Shown piece after piece: positions 14,040-26,059 of a stretch of 64,000 nucleotides of DNA. The notes under the pieces are model-generated. The model saw nothing but the letters and a program-made list of their open reading frames with translations. It ran no database searches and was not told where the DNA came from. Where the stretch lies: positions 132,124,001-132,188,000 of the forward strand of contig CM059431.1 of assembly GCA_030390025.1 (NCBI GenBank), in the 5' to 3' direction. Origin of the DNA: Squalus acanthias (taxonomy: Eukaryota). The number at the start of each line of letters is the position of its first letter. The stretch's first letter is position 1. The position numbers and the translations under genes are program-made.

Positions 14040-15156
14040 AAATCCAATCCGGCCAATTACCTACCCATCAGTCTACTCTCAATCCTCAGCAAAGTGATGG
14101 AAGGTGTCGTTGACAGTGCTATGAAGCGGCACTTACTCACCAATAACCTGCTCAACGAAGCTCAGTTTGGGTTCTGCCAGGACCACTCTGCTCCAGACCT
14201 CATTCCAGCCTTGGTCCAAACATGGACAAAAGAGCTGAATTCCGGAGGCGAGGTGAGAATGACTTCCCTTGACATCAAGGCTGCATTTGAACGAGTGTGG
14301 CATCAAGGAGCCCTCGTAAAATTGAAGTCAATGGGAACTGGGGGAAAACTCCCCACTGTGTGGAGTCATACCTAGCACAAAGGAAGATGGTTGTGGTTGT
14401 TCAAGGTCAAATCATCTCAGCCCCAGGACATCGCTGCAGGAGTTCCTCAGGGCAGTGTCCTAGGCCCAACCATCTTCAGCTGCTTCATCAATGACCTTCC
14501 CTCCATCATAAGGTCAGAAGTGGGGCTGTTCGCTGATGATTGCACAGTGTTCAGTGCCATTCGCAACTGCTCAGATAATGAAGCAGTGCATGCCCTCCTG
14601 CAACAAGACCTGAACAATATTCAGGCTTGGGCTGATAAGTGGCAGGTAACATTCACGCCACACAAGTGCCCGGCAATGACTGTCTCCAAAAGCAAGAGAC
14701 TAAACACCGCCCCTTGACATTCAATGGCATTACCAACGCCGAATCCCCCATCGTCAACATCCTGGGGGTCACCATTGACAGGAAATTTACCTGGACCAGC
14801 CACATAAATACTGTGGCTACAAGAGATGGTCAGAGGCTGTGTATTCTGTGGCGAGTGACTCACCTCCTGACTCCCCAAAGCCTTTCCACCATCTACAAGG
14901 CACAAGTCAGGAGCGTGAATGAATACTCTCCACTTGCCTGGATGAGTGCAGCTCCAACAACACTCAAGAAGCTCAACACCATCCAGGACAAAGCAGCCCG
15001 CTTGATCAGCACCCCATCCACCACCTTAAACATTCACTCCCTCCACTACCGGCGCACCATGGCTGCAGTGTGTACCATCTACAAGATGCACTGCAGCAAC
15101 TTGCCAAGTTCATCAGCACCTCCCAAACCCGTGACCTCTACCATCTAGAAGGACAA

Positions 15157-15538
15157 GAATCTAGAATCTGACCTCGGGTGACTGTCTGTGTGGAGTTTGC
15201 ACATTCTCCCCGTGTCTGCGTGGGTTTCCTCCGGGTGCTCCGGTTTCCTCCCACAGTCCAAAAATGTGTGGGTTAGGTTGATTTGGCTATGATAAATTGA
15301 CACTTAGTGTTAGGGGGGATTAAATATGTGGGGTTATGGGGATAGGATGGGATATGTTAGGGGGAATTAAATACGTGGGGTTACGGGGGTAGGGTGGGAT
15401 ATGTGTACTGTGGGGATTAAAGCAGGGACAGGGTACTGGATTTGGATGATCAGCCATGATCGTATTGAATGGCGGAGCAGGCGCGACGGGCCGAATGGCC
15501 TACTCCTGCTCCTAGATTCTATGTTTCTATGTTTCTAT
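15157..15538 (+). mobile_element. V-domain SINE (HE1-like), 5'-truncated, with CR1-derived tail
   Basis: V-domain core tgtgtggagtttgcacattctccccgtgtctgcgtgggtttcctccgggtgctccggtttcctcccaca. The 3' part matches CR1 3' UTRs in this window and ends in (ATGTTTCT)n. TSD gacaa at 15152-15156 and 15539-15543. Confidence 0.88.
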
Positions 15539-15803
15539 GACAAAGGCAGTAGGCACATGGGAACATCATCACCTCCAAGTTCCCCTTCAAGTCACACACC
15601 ATCCTGGCTTGGAAATATATCACCGTTCTTCATCATCGTTTGCTCAAAATCCTGGAACTCCCTCCCTAACAGCACTGTGGGAGTACCTTCACCACAAGGA
15701 CTGCAGCGGTTCAAGATGGGTTAGGGATGGGCAATAAATGCTGGCCTTGCCAGCGACGCCCACATCGCAGGAACTAATTAAAAGAAGTACTATGTAATAA
15801 GTT

Positions 15804-16287
15804 ACAAAAGCAAAATACTGCGGATGCTGGAAATCTGAAATAAAAACAGAAAATGCTGGAAATACTCAGCAGGTCACGCAGCATCTGTGGAGAGAGAGAC
15901 AGAGTTAACGTTTCAGGTCAATGACCCTTCGATCTCCAGCTTTTTCCACTTCTGACGAATAGGTTTTTAAGCAGGGGCAGGGAAAGGGGGGAGGGGAGGA
16001 AAGAACAAAAGGGAAGGTCTGTGATAGGATGGAAGGCAGGAGAGATTAAGAGATGGTGCAAGGCAAAAGGAGATGGTAATGGACAAGTTAAGAAACAAAA
16101 GATGGCTCTAGATGAAGTGTAAATGGCACTGGCAGAATGAAAGACAGCTGCCATGTGGGAGAGAGAAAAAATAAATTAAAAAATAAAATAAATGGGGAAA
16201 AAAAGGGATGGGGCAAAGGTTATGGTCTGAAATTGTTGAACTCTATGTTGAGTCCAGAAGGCTGTAAAGTGCCTAATCGAAAGATGT
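15804..16287 (-). mobile_element. Penelope-like element 3' fragment/pLTR
   Basis: Reverse-complement homolog of 23820-24230 (end of GIY-YIG plus pLTR). Confidence 0.8.
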
Positions 16288-16499
16288 AATAAGTTGCTCC
16301 CCTTGATTTATTTTTATTTTCCCTTCTATCAGGTAGGTCTTTCAGAAAGTCAGCGCGGATGCAATGAGCCGAATGGCCTGCTTCAGTGCTGATTCTATGA
16401 TACTAGTTTGGTTGAGAAATGACTGGAAGGTGATATAATGCAGTCAACAGAGTTGCAAATCATTTGGGGGAAAGGGTGGTAAATGTGATCAGAACTATT

Positions 16500-17105
16500 T
16501 GTTCACATTCTGGGCACCACACTTTATGAAGGACATGAAAGCTTTGGAGATGGTACAGAAGAGATTTACTAGAATGGTTCCAGTGATGAGGGATACAGTT
16601 ACGTGGATAGACTGGTGAAGCTGGGGTTGTTCTCCTTAGAGCAGAGAAGACTAGGAGGAGATTTGACAGAGGAGTTTAAAATCATGAAGGGTTTCGATAG
16701 AGTAACTAAAATGAGAAACTGTTTCCAGTGGCTGAAGGGTCGGTAACCAAAGGGCACAGATTTAAGATGATTGACAAAAGAACCAGAGGTGACATGAAGA
16801 AAAACTTTTTATGTAACGAATGGTTAGCATTTGGAATTCACTGCGTGATAGTGTAGTGGAAACAGATTCAATAGTAGCCTTCAAAAGGGAATTGGATAAA
16901 TACTTGAAGGAGAGAAAATTGCAGGGAATGGGGTAAGAGTGGGGGAGTGGGACTAACTGGATTACTCTTCGAAAGAATCGATATAGACCAGATGGGCCGA
17001 ATGGCCTCCTTCTGTGCTCTAGTATTCTATGATTCTATGAAGGGCAAACACTGATACAGACTAGTTGGGCTGAATGGCCTGTTTTCGTGTTGTGACTTCT
17101 ATGTA
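16500..17105 (+). mobile_element. CR1 LINE 3' fragment
   Basis: Homologous to 12740-13240; tail attctatgattctatga. Confidence 0.85.
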
Positions 17106-18047
17106 GACATTCCAACAAAACGTATGACCCATTTGTACAGCCAATGTTGATTTTTTTTTTGCTTTTCAGAATTACTTGTCACACCGAATTAAATCAATTT
17201 AGTTCAATTTAGTTTATTGAGATAATGCAAAAAATAGAGCTTCATTTGGCGTGGATCCAGAGTTTCATGTGGTCATTGAGTCTGTTACCTGCATTTCTGA
17301 AGAACACACTGTACACTTCACCGGAGGTATATATATCAGTTGTATAGATGGTAGTCTGCAGTGAAGTGTCTGGAAATAGGGAGATAGTGATGGACAAAAA
17401 TTGGGGTGAAATATACCACAATAGCATTACTAGTATAGTAATGTATTCATAAGTACTGAACAAACATAGTAAAAGCAATCAAATTTTAGCAAATATAAAC
17501 ACACACATGTGCTTCAAGTGTGAATTTGGCCCAATATATTCACATTAGCCTAATTATAAACATTTGATTCAGATTTAAACTACCTCAGCCTTTGTTTTTG
17601 ATAATGTATTGTTCACTTGCTACTCTATATACTGCACAGTGATCTCCTCAAAGCTAATCCAATACGATATATATTTTTTTAATATCAGGTCCATAGCCTT
17701 AATGCATTAAACTATCTCCTTTAATTCTAGAGAACAATGGTTACTAAGGAGGGGTTACAAGATTAATTGATTGTTATAACCCGTGAGGTTGGCGCTCGAG
17801 TTATTTGTGAACCCACATTCTTCTGTGTTGTGAAGTTTAGCCTGTAGGTGTACCTGGGAGCGCACAATTGCTTCTTTTATTTGTCCATTGTATTCTGGGT
17901 GATGATCTGCAATTTTGTTGTGCAACTTTCCATTTCATTTTCATACATTTTTTAAAAAAACAGGCAAAACATAACATTGGAGGCATTTTTTTTTAACCCA
18001 ATTTTGGTAAAAATTTTGAACACAGGCTCAATTTTTCATTTATAAGT

Positions 18048-20349
18048 CATAAAACATTAGAAATAGGAGCAGGAGCAGGCCATTTGGCCCTTCGAGCCTG
18101 CTCCGCCATTCAATGAGATCATGGCTGATCTTCTGCCTCAATTCCATTCACCGGCCTTATCGCCATATCCCTTGATGCACTTACTAGTCAGAAATCTATC
18201 GACTTCTGTTTTGAATATACCCAATGACTGAGCCTCCACAGCCCTCTGGGGTAGAGAATTCCAAAGATTCACCACTCTCTGTGTGAAGAAATTTCTTCTC
18301 ATCTCAGTCCTGAATGGCCTACCCTTTATCCTGAAGCTGTGGCCCCTGGTTGTAGACTCCCCAGCCAAAGGAAACATTCTCCCAGCATCCGCCCTATCAA
18401 GCCCTGTAATAATTTTGTATGCTTCAATGAGACCCCCTCTCATTCTTCTGAATTCAAGAGAATACAGCCCTAGTTTACTCAATCTCTTCTCATATGACAG
18501 TCCCGCCATCCCAGGAATCAATCTCGTGAACTTTCGTTGCACTCCCTCTATGGCAAGTATATCCTTCCTTAGGTAAGGAGACCAAAATTGTACACAGTGC
18601 TCCAGTTGTGGTCTCACCAAGGCCCTATATAATTGGAGTAAGACTTCTTTACTTCTGTACTCAAATCCTCTTGTAATGAAGGCCGGCATTCTATTTGCCT
18701 TCCTAATGGCTTGCTGCACCTGCACATTCACTTTCAGTGACTCATGTACAAGGACACCCAGGGCCCTTTGAGTATCTGCACTCCCCAATCTTTCATCATT
18801 TAGGAAATACTCAGCCTTTCTGTTTTTTCTACCAAAGTGGATAACTTCACATTTATCCACATTATAATCCATCTGCCATGTTCTCGCCCATTCACTGAGC
18901 CTGTCGAGATCCCCTTGAATCCTCTTCACATCCTCTTCACAACTGACACTGCCACCTAGCTTTGTGTCATCAGCAAATTTGGAAATGTTACATTTAGTCC
19001 CCTCATCCAAATCATTGATATAGATTGTGAATAGCTGGGGCCCAAGCACCGATCCTTGCGGTACCCCACTAGTCACAGCCTGCCATCCTGAAAAAGACAC
19101 GTTTATCCCATCTCTTTGTTTTCTGTCTGTTAACCAATTCTCAATCCATGTTAGTATATTACCCCCAATTCCATGTGGCCCTAATTTTGTTCACCAACCT
19201 CTTGTGTGGGACCTTATCGAAGGCTTTCTGAAAATCCAAATATACCACATCTACCTGATCCCCTTTGCCTACTCCACTAGTTACATCCTCAAAGAACTCC
19301 AATAGGTTTGTCAAACAGGACTTCCCTTTCATAAATCCATGTTGACTCTGCCCAATCTTACTATTAGTTTCTAAGTGCCCAGTTATTGCATCCTTTATAA
19401 TAGATTCCAGCATTTTCCCAACTACTGATGTGAGGCTAACAGGTCTGTAGTTCCCCGTTTTCTCTCTCCCTCCTTTCTTAAATAGCGGAGTTACATTTGC
19501 TATCCTCCAATCTGCAGGAACCGTTTCAGAATCTATAGAATTTTGGAAGATGACAACCAATGCGTCCACTATCCCAATGGCCACCTCTTTCAAAACCCTA
19601 GGATGTAGGTCATCCGATTTATCAATTTTTAGTCCCATTAATTTTGCTAGTACTGTTTTTTACTAATAATAGTTTCTTTAAGTTCCTCATTCTCGCCACA
19701 TACTTGGTTTTCTCGTATTTCTGGGAGGTTTTTTGTGTCTTCCTCCGTGAAGACAGAAACAAAGTATTTATTTAATTTCTCTGTCATTTCCTCATTCCCC
19801 ATTATAAATTCTCCTGTCTCTGACTGTAAAGGACCTACATTTACCTTCGCCAGTCTTTTCCTTTTCACATACCTATAGAAGCTTTTACAATCCGTTTTTA
19901 TATTTTTCGCTAGTTTGTGCTCATATTCCATTTTCCCTTTCTTTATCAATTTCTTGGTCCCCCTTTGCTGATTTCTAAAAAGATCCCAATCCTCAGGCTG
20001 ACCGCTTTTTCTGGCAACTTTATAAGCTTCCTCCTTTGACTTAATACTAGCTTTAATATCTTTTGTTAACCCTGGTTGGATCACATTTCCTTTTGGGTTT
20101 TTATGCCCTAGAGGAATATATGTTTGTTGCAAATTATGCATTATTTCCTTGAATGTTAGCCATTGTATGTCCACCTTCATACCTTTTAGTGTAGTCTCCC
20201 AATCTACCATGGCCAACTTGTCCCTCATACCCTTGTAGTTTCCTCTGTTTAGATTGAAGACCTTAGTTTCAGATTGGACTACATCACTCTCAAACTTAAT
20301 ATAAAATTCAATCATATTATGGTCACTTGTCCCTAAAGGCCCCTTTAGT
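18048..20349 (-). mobile_element. CR1 LINE (HER1-like), 5'-truncated ORF2
   Basis: ORFs 19647-20315, 19159-19638 and 18138-19100 (320 aa, GVPQGSVLGP, FADD) joined by frameshifts; 3' UTR present. Confidence 0.95.
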
Positions 20350-21505
20350 CATTTAATTTGTCCAATTTGCCTTCTTTGCTCCATTGACTTTAGTCCTCTC
20401 ATTTACTCCAATTCCTGGTCATTTGGCATTCTTCTTTGATTTATTTTCCTCATGTTTAATCGTTGTCCTTGTGCTTCCTGTTGTACTTGTGCACCAATAA
20501 AAATGTTTGAAGTGAGATCTGTTAGCTAAATGGTGTGCTTGCCCAAACAGTTCTCCTTTTCTAAGGTAGGAGAACAAAATTTCACTACAGATCAGGTAAT
20601 TTGACTAATATCTCTCCCATTTTTTATTGGTAAACCAGTATAACAATCAAGGAGAAATGTTCTATTAATCAACCTATTAGAGAAGACAGTGCAGTGCCAA
20701 ATGAATAAAAGAAATAAGAGAAAAACTGAACAGAACAGTAAAATCAAAAAGACAGAAAAATTATAGATTACTTTTTAAAATTACATTTTTGTTATATTTA
20801 TGAAATTTGAAAAGGAAAACTTCTTGATATACATTTTAGCAATATGCAGCATAAAAAGTCAAAGGCCTTGAAATTATGCACTGTGATGTTCATGTATGTT
20901 CATATTAAATTCCTTTCTTCGCTATTTCATTAGGAATTTCATATGAATACATTATGTATTAGTTTATGAACACATTGAGTATTCATATACTAAGATTTGC
21001 ATGATTGAATTTCACAACCTAAGAGAACCAAATTTGTTATCTTTCAGAAAAAGAACACAGACTTTTCAAAATTATAACAGGAATATGGAGAAATCTTTTT
21101 CAAGAAACCAGGGGAAGAAAGTTAAGGAACATGATTATAAGCCAAGGAACCCTTAATTAAAGTGTGGCTTAAGCAGTAATGACTTCACACTTAAACATTA
21201 CATTATAGAATAGATTGTGCCAAGTGCAGTGAATGATGCCTCAGTAGAAGCAATCAGGAAAGAAGTGACCAGGATAAAATACAAAGGTATTGATTCAACA
21301 CTAAATAGGGAAGGTGAAAAATGGTCTGAGAATATGCAGTATATAGATTTAAATGAAAAGATGAACTGTATAGACTAAATAGCCTTTTCCTCCTTATCTT
21401 TCATATGACCACATGCAGCTACATAATTTCAATGGAAATGAAAATCAGGCGATTTCTATAATGGGTGGCCAATCCACAACGGCAGTTTTTCGTCCAGGTG
21501 GCAAG

Positions 21506-21756
21506 TAGGTTGCCAACTCTGGTTGGACATATTCCTGGAGGTTTCATCAGATGGCCTCCTAACTGCTGATCCAGTCAAGCAGCCTTTTTCCTGTCTCCAA
21601 TATTTTTATAACTAATAAATGAAAGGTTTCAGAAAAAACACACCATGTTTTTAATGCCACTATGATTTTTATCCTGGGTTGCTCGCAGCAGTGTCCAGGA
21701 GATTAGTCTTTCATTCTTGGAGACTCCAGCACAATCCTGGAGGATTGACAACCTTA
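21506..21756. mobile_element. hAT (Tip100-like) MITE
   Basis: TIRs taggttgccaa / ttgacaacctta; imperfect 8-bp TSD gtggcaag / gcagcaag. Confidence 0.7.
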
Positions 21757-21857
21757 GCAGCAAGTTGAAAAATCTACCCCCTGATGTCACTATGGAATAT
21801 TACCATGTCATACCCTCCAATTTTAATTGGTGCCTGCAGGTTGAAAACGAGCAGTGA

Positions 21858-22185
21858 TGCACGGAGTATCGGGAATAAATTGAATGAACTGCAGGCACGA
21901 ATTAAAATTGGAGGGTATGACGTGGTAGGCATTACTGAGACATGGCTGCAGGACAGTCAGGACTGGGAACTAAATATACCAGATTCTAAGGTTTACAGGA
22001 CAGATAGGGAAAATGGCAGAGGGGGAGGAGTAGCCTTAGTGATTAGGGATGAAATCACTTCAATGATAAGAGAGGATTTAAAGAGAGGTAAGCAGCCAGT
22101 GGAGACCTTATGGGTTGGAATTAAGAAATAGGAAAGGATCTAAGACTGTAGTGGGAGTTGTTGTATAGGCCCCCACGGTAGCAGC
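21858..22185 (+). mobile_element. CR1 ORF2 APE N-terminal fragment
   Basis: 'ARSIGNKLNEL...YDVVGITETWL...YRTDR..GRGGGVAL'. Confidence 0.88.
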
Positions 22186-22795
22186 TCTGAGGGATGGGTG
22201 GAGGTGCGAGGTAAGTTGGTGTGAGTAAGGATGTGTAGGAGTAGGGTAGGGAAGGCAGAGTGATGGGGATGTGATGTGAAGGCAGAGTGAGCAGGATAAA
22301 GGTGAGTGTGGCTTTGTACTAATGTTTCATGATCAAATGAGATCATTGAAAGGTTTGCGCCACTGCAACCAGGTCCTCCTGACCACATCCCTGCTTGTGA
22401 CCTCCTCTGCAATGTGCAAACAGGCTGTTTTGGTCTCCTGGGGAGGTCTCTTCCGCCCATCGGAAGGGACAAGGACCTCTCTGCGTACTGTGCATGGGAG
22501 AACCTGGGTGTAGCCTTGCACCTCTGTGCAGTGATTATCAGTGTTTGCAGCACTTCAGTGCTGTAGAACACTGACAGCACAGATGTCAAAAGAAAGTTGG
22601 CCCCTTTAGGTAAACTGGCTGATGACGTTACCAGACCCACTTCCTCTAATTGGACCGGGAAACGTGCTGGGCGGGCTTAACAAGCCCTATCAATGTAAAT
22701 TCATTTTAGGCAGCAGGATGGAGCCAGCAGCACGGCCGTGACCTGCCACTGACATCACCCGCACCGGACCCACCGAGATGAGCAAAATCCCAGCC
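22186..22795 (-). mobile_element. Truncated Harbinger derivative with Myb/SANT exon
   Basis: ORF 22333-22521 'RREVLVPSDGRKRPPQETKTACLHIAEEVTSRDVVRRTWLQWRKPFNDLI'; end caaaatcccagcc; homologous to the left halves of the 29480 and 41078 elements. Confidence 0.8.
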
Positions 22796-23069
22796 TATGT
22801 AACACCAGTTTGACTGGCTTGCATATTCCTTCATGTGCTAAGGCAGACACAATTGAGTCTGTTGCATCTTTACAACATTGTTCCTTAGAAACTGGGTCAG
22901 GCTGCAGAGGGAAAAGGCAAATGCACAGAACTATAACTGAAATAGTAAGCCTGACTTTCTTCCAACAGTGGTTCCATAGATTTCCAATGTTTTATCTATA
23001 AAACAGTCAGAGTTTTTAGAGAAAATGTAAAATTTAATGTTACACATTCTCAATGGTAAAAGTAAAAGA

Positions 23070-23380
23070 AATAACTTGCATTTATATAGCACCTTTCACA
23101 ACCTCAGGACGACCTAAAGTGCTTTACAGCTAATGAAGTACTTTGAAGTGTAGTCACTGTTGTAATGTAGGCAAAGCGTCAGCCAATTTGCGCACAGCAA
23201 TGTTCCATAAATAGCAATGTGATAATGACCAGATAATCTGTTTTAGTGATGTTGGTTGAGGGATAAATATTGGGCAGGACACTGGGAGAACTCCCTGCTC
23301 TTCTTCAAAATAGTGCTGTTGGATCTTTTATTTCCACCTGAGGGGGCAGATAGAGCTTCGGCTTAATGTCTCATCCAAAA
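23070..23380 (-). mobile_element. Deu-domain SINE fragment
   Basis: Homologous to 7565-7860. Confidence 0.7.
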
Positions 23381-23384
23381 TCTG

Positions 23385-24235
23385 GAAGGAGTCCTTTTAG
23401 CATTCCGAAGGGACTGTTCCCGCCGCAACACCCTCTTCAATCACCCCCAACACCCACTCCCCTTCCTACAGCACCTTCCCATGTAAGCCTGGAGATGCAA
23501 CACCTGCCCTTTCACCTCCTCCCTTCCCACCGTCCAAGGCCCCAAACACTCCATCCAAATGAAACAGCAATTTACTTGTACTTCTTTCAATTTAGTATAC
23601 TGTATTCGCTGCTCACGATGCGGTCTCTACACTGGGGAGAGCAAATGCAGATCGGGTGATCACTTTGCTGAACACCTCCATTCAGTCCGCAAGCATGACC
23701 CTGAGCTTCCGGTTGCTTGCCATTTTAATTCTCCGTCCCACTCCCACTCTGACCTCTCTGTTCTTGGCCTCCTACACTGTTCCAATGAAGCTCAAGTGAC
23801 GCTTGAGGAACAGCGTCTCATTTTTCAATTAGGCACTTTACAGCCTTCCGGACTCAACATTGAGTTCAAAAATTTCAGATCACAACCACTGCTCCCATTT
23901 TTTCAGACAGCAGGTTCTGGTTCTGGTTCTGCTGTTGCCATTTACAGCTCCTCTAGACCCATCTTTTGTTTCTTTACTTGTCCATTACCACTCCCTTTTG
24001 CTCACATCATCATCCCTTGTGTCATTTAATCACTCCTGCCTTTCACCCTATCACAGACCTTCCCTTTTGTTCTTTCCTCCCCTCCTCCCTTTCCCGGCCT
24101 CTGTACTTGCTTAAAAACTTTTATATCTCTAACTTTTGCCAGTTCTGACGAAAGGTTAATGACCTGGAATGTTAACTCTGTTTCTCTCTTCACAAATGCT
24201 GCCTGACCTGCTGAGTATTTCCAGCATTTCCCACT
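23385..24235 (+). mobile_element. Penelope-like element 3' part (GIY-YIG endonuclease + pLTR)
   Basis: ORF 23559-24029 'FTCTSFNLVYCIRCSRCGLYTGES..R...F.EH...PVACHF...EQRLIFQLGTLQPSGLN' is a PLE-type GIY-YIG domain. Confidence 0.9.
24141..24177 (+). ncRNA. Degenerate minimal type I hammerhead ribozyme motif in the Penelope pLTR
   Basis: AGTT-CTGACGA-A-AGGT-TAATG-ACCT-GGAAT-GTT-AACT: stem I AGTT/AACT, core CTGANGA, stem II AGGT/ACCT. The GAAAC box is mutated here but intact in other copies (e.g. 32709). Confidence 0.6.
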
Positions 24236-24719
24236 ATTGTTTACTGTTCCTTTAATGTGGCTACATTTCTGATGATTTAAAGAGAATGCTTTCGGGTAAC
24301 TGGTGCCATAACCATCACTGAAGCAATATTGGCAGATGGAAACACATTACCAATTAAAATGTTAACTTGAGGAATGTCAAGCCAGGCTTTCTCTTGTGTG
24401 ATTTGTCTTGTGTTACCTCAGCTTGTTTTGAAGTGTGGTTATAGCCCTGGGGGTAACTAAAGCAGAATGATGACCACTGTGGAGTTGAACATTTGCTAAA
24501 TAGGTTTTTGTCTGTTTAACTAAGAAATGCTGCTATCATCAGAAAGTGCACAAACCTGAACAAATGATGGGCAAGGCACTGGGACACAGAACATTCTTTC
24601 TGTAATCTCATATTAAAAATGATCATGCAACACTGTACTGTTTTAAACTTTATAATCATTTGCTTATCATGACATAAAAAAGAAAGTTTCTTAATTAAAT
24701 GTAAAATTACTTATCCAAA

Positions 24720-25010
24720 GCTCCCCTGAAGGCCTGTGGGTAAATGTACTGAATAATATGTTACTGAGCCATGCAGACCAGGAATGTCTGAAGTTTGATC
24801 CCCAGTATGAGCTGGGATTGCAGTCAGGCTCTTGAATGTAATTAGTCTCATTGGGCTATGGATGGGAATAAAAAGCTAGCTAGGTCCTGCTTTTGATCAC
24901 TGTCCAGCAAATGTTATTGGAAAGTTTATGTTTATGGATGTTGGCTGAAGACAGAATCAGACTTGGCTTGACACTCTTTGTATGAAGAATGACAACTAAG
25001 TTTCCGGAGG
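24720..25010 (+). mobile_element. Old tRNA-like SINE remnant
   Basis: B-box-like gtttgatccccag after a tRNA-like head; a related antisense remnant may lie near 4560-4810. Confidence 0.4.
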
Positions 25011-25112
25011 GTTGCTGTCTGTGGAATGTTACCCAAGTAATAGTGCCTTCAAGAGAGTTGGGAAAGAAAGGGGAGAAAAAAAATGTGTGCAAGCTATATA
25101 ATACTTAACCAT

Positions 25113-25216
25113 AATAACAACAGAAAACGCTGGAAAAACTCAGCAGGCCAGGCAGCATCCCTGGAGAGAGAAACAGAGTTAACGTTTCAGGATTTCCAGC
25201 ATCCGCAGTATTTTGC
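25113..25216. mobile_element. Short inverted Penelope pLTR insertion
   Basis: pLTR sequence in both orientations, flanked by the perfect 16-bp direct repeat tataatacttaaccat (25097-25112, 25217-25232). Confidence 0.8.
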
Positions 25217-26059
25217 TATAATACTTAACCATGTAGCTTTCCCTATTAGTTATGTAGTTGGGATTTGAAACCTTGCCTGGTTTGTTCATATAGAAAGAAA
25301 TTTAGGAAAGTAAAATTCATTTAAAATGGGCAAATGACTGGTGCAGATCGACTTCATCCTCTATATAAAGAGCTCTTTGGAAATGGCCAGTCTTCACAGA
25401 GCTTGGCTGTAGTGCATTGGGTATACTACACCTATAGTATCACTGAGCGTACGCACATTTACAGTTTCCATCTTCTTGCCATGGTGTTTTTAAATCAACT
25501 TTTCATTTGGCAAAATGGAGCTGACGTTTCAAAGCTGTGTGGTAGCAGCCTGTCTCTAATCATAAACCTTCAGAGAGCAATCATCCTACTGCCTTCCTCT
25601 GCGCTGAATACTGACCATGGAGTGACCTCTAGTGTTGGTGTGAGTACACAGAATGTTAACAGAATTTAAAAAAACAAATAAAAGATCGTACAGCCATCTA
25701 TGAGCAGCAATAAGAAGAAGGACCATGCCAATAACAGTACCAAAACATTGCTCAATAAATGATTTTTAGTGAGTACTTTTAATTATATTGCTGATAAATA
25801 GTGCCTTTTACAACCTGTGGACGTCCCAAAGCGCTTTACAGCCCATGAAGTACTTTTGAAAGGTGGTTTATAGATGTTATTCTGACCCCTTATCCAACTT
25901 CTGCCAAGCTGTGAGAATATGATAAGCATTGTTATCATTAGTGTAAGTACACAGAGCTTTCAATTATAATTTTTCAGTGTGAAAGTTCTCAATAGCGAAA
26001 AATATTTTGAATACCTGAGATAGGGACTTCTGCAAAATATATTCAATACAAGTGCAAGG

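Larger units (their letters stand above)
10772..15785 (+). mobile_element. Near full-length LINE family B (APE + RT), interrupted by CR1 and SINE insertions
   Basis: APE motifs: 'LTNIWGL', 'TESYL', 'YRPPS', 'GDFNVHH', 'LLDLVLTN'. RT motifs: 'GPDNIP', 'QFGF', 'DIKAAF', 'GVPQGSVLGP', 'FADD'. Sequence is continuous across the insertions at 12383-14039 and 15157-15538. Several stops and frameshifts. Confidence 0.92.

Noticed and set aside
18138..19100. Active reverse transcriptase gene
   Set aside because: It is only the C-terminal part of ORF2; upstream frameshifts and 5' truncation.
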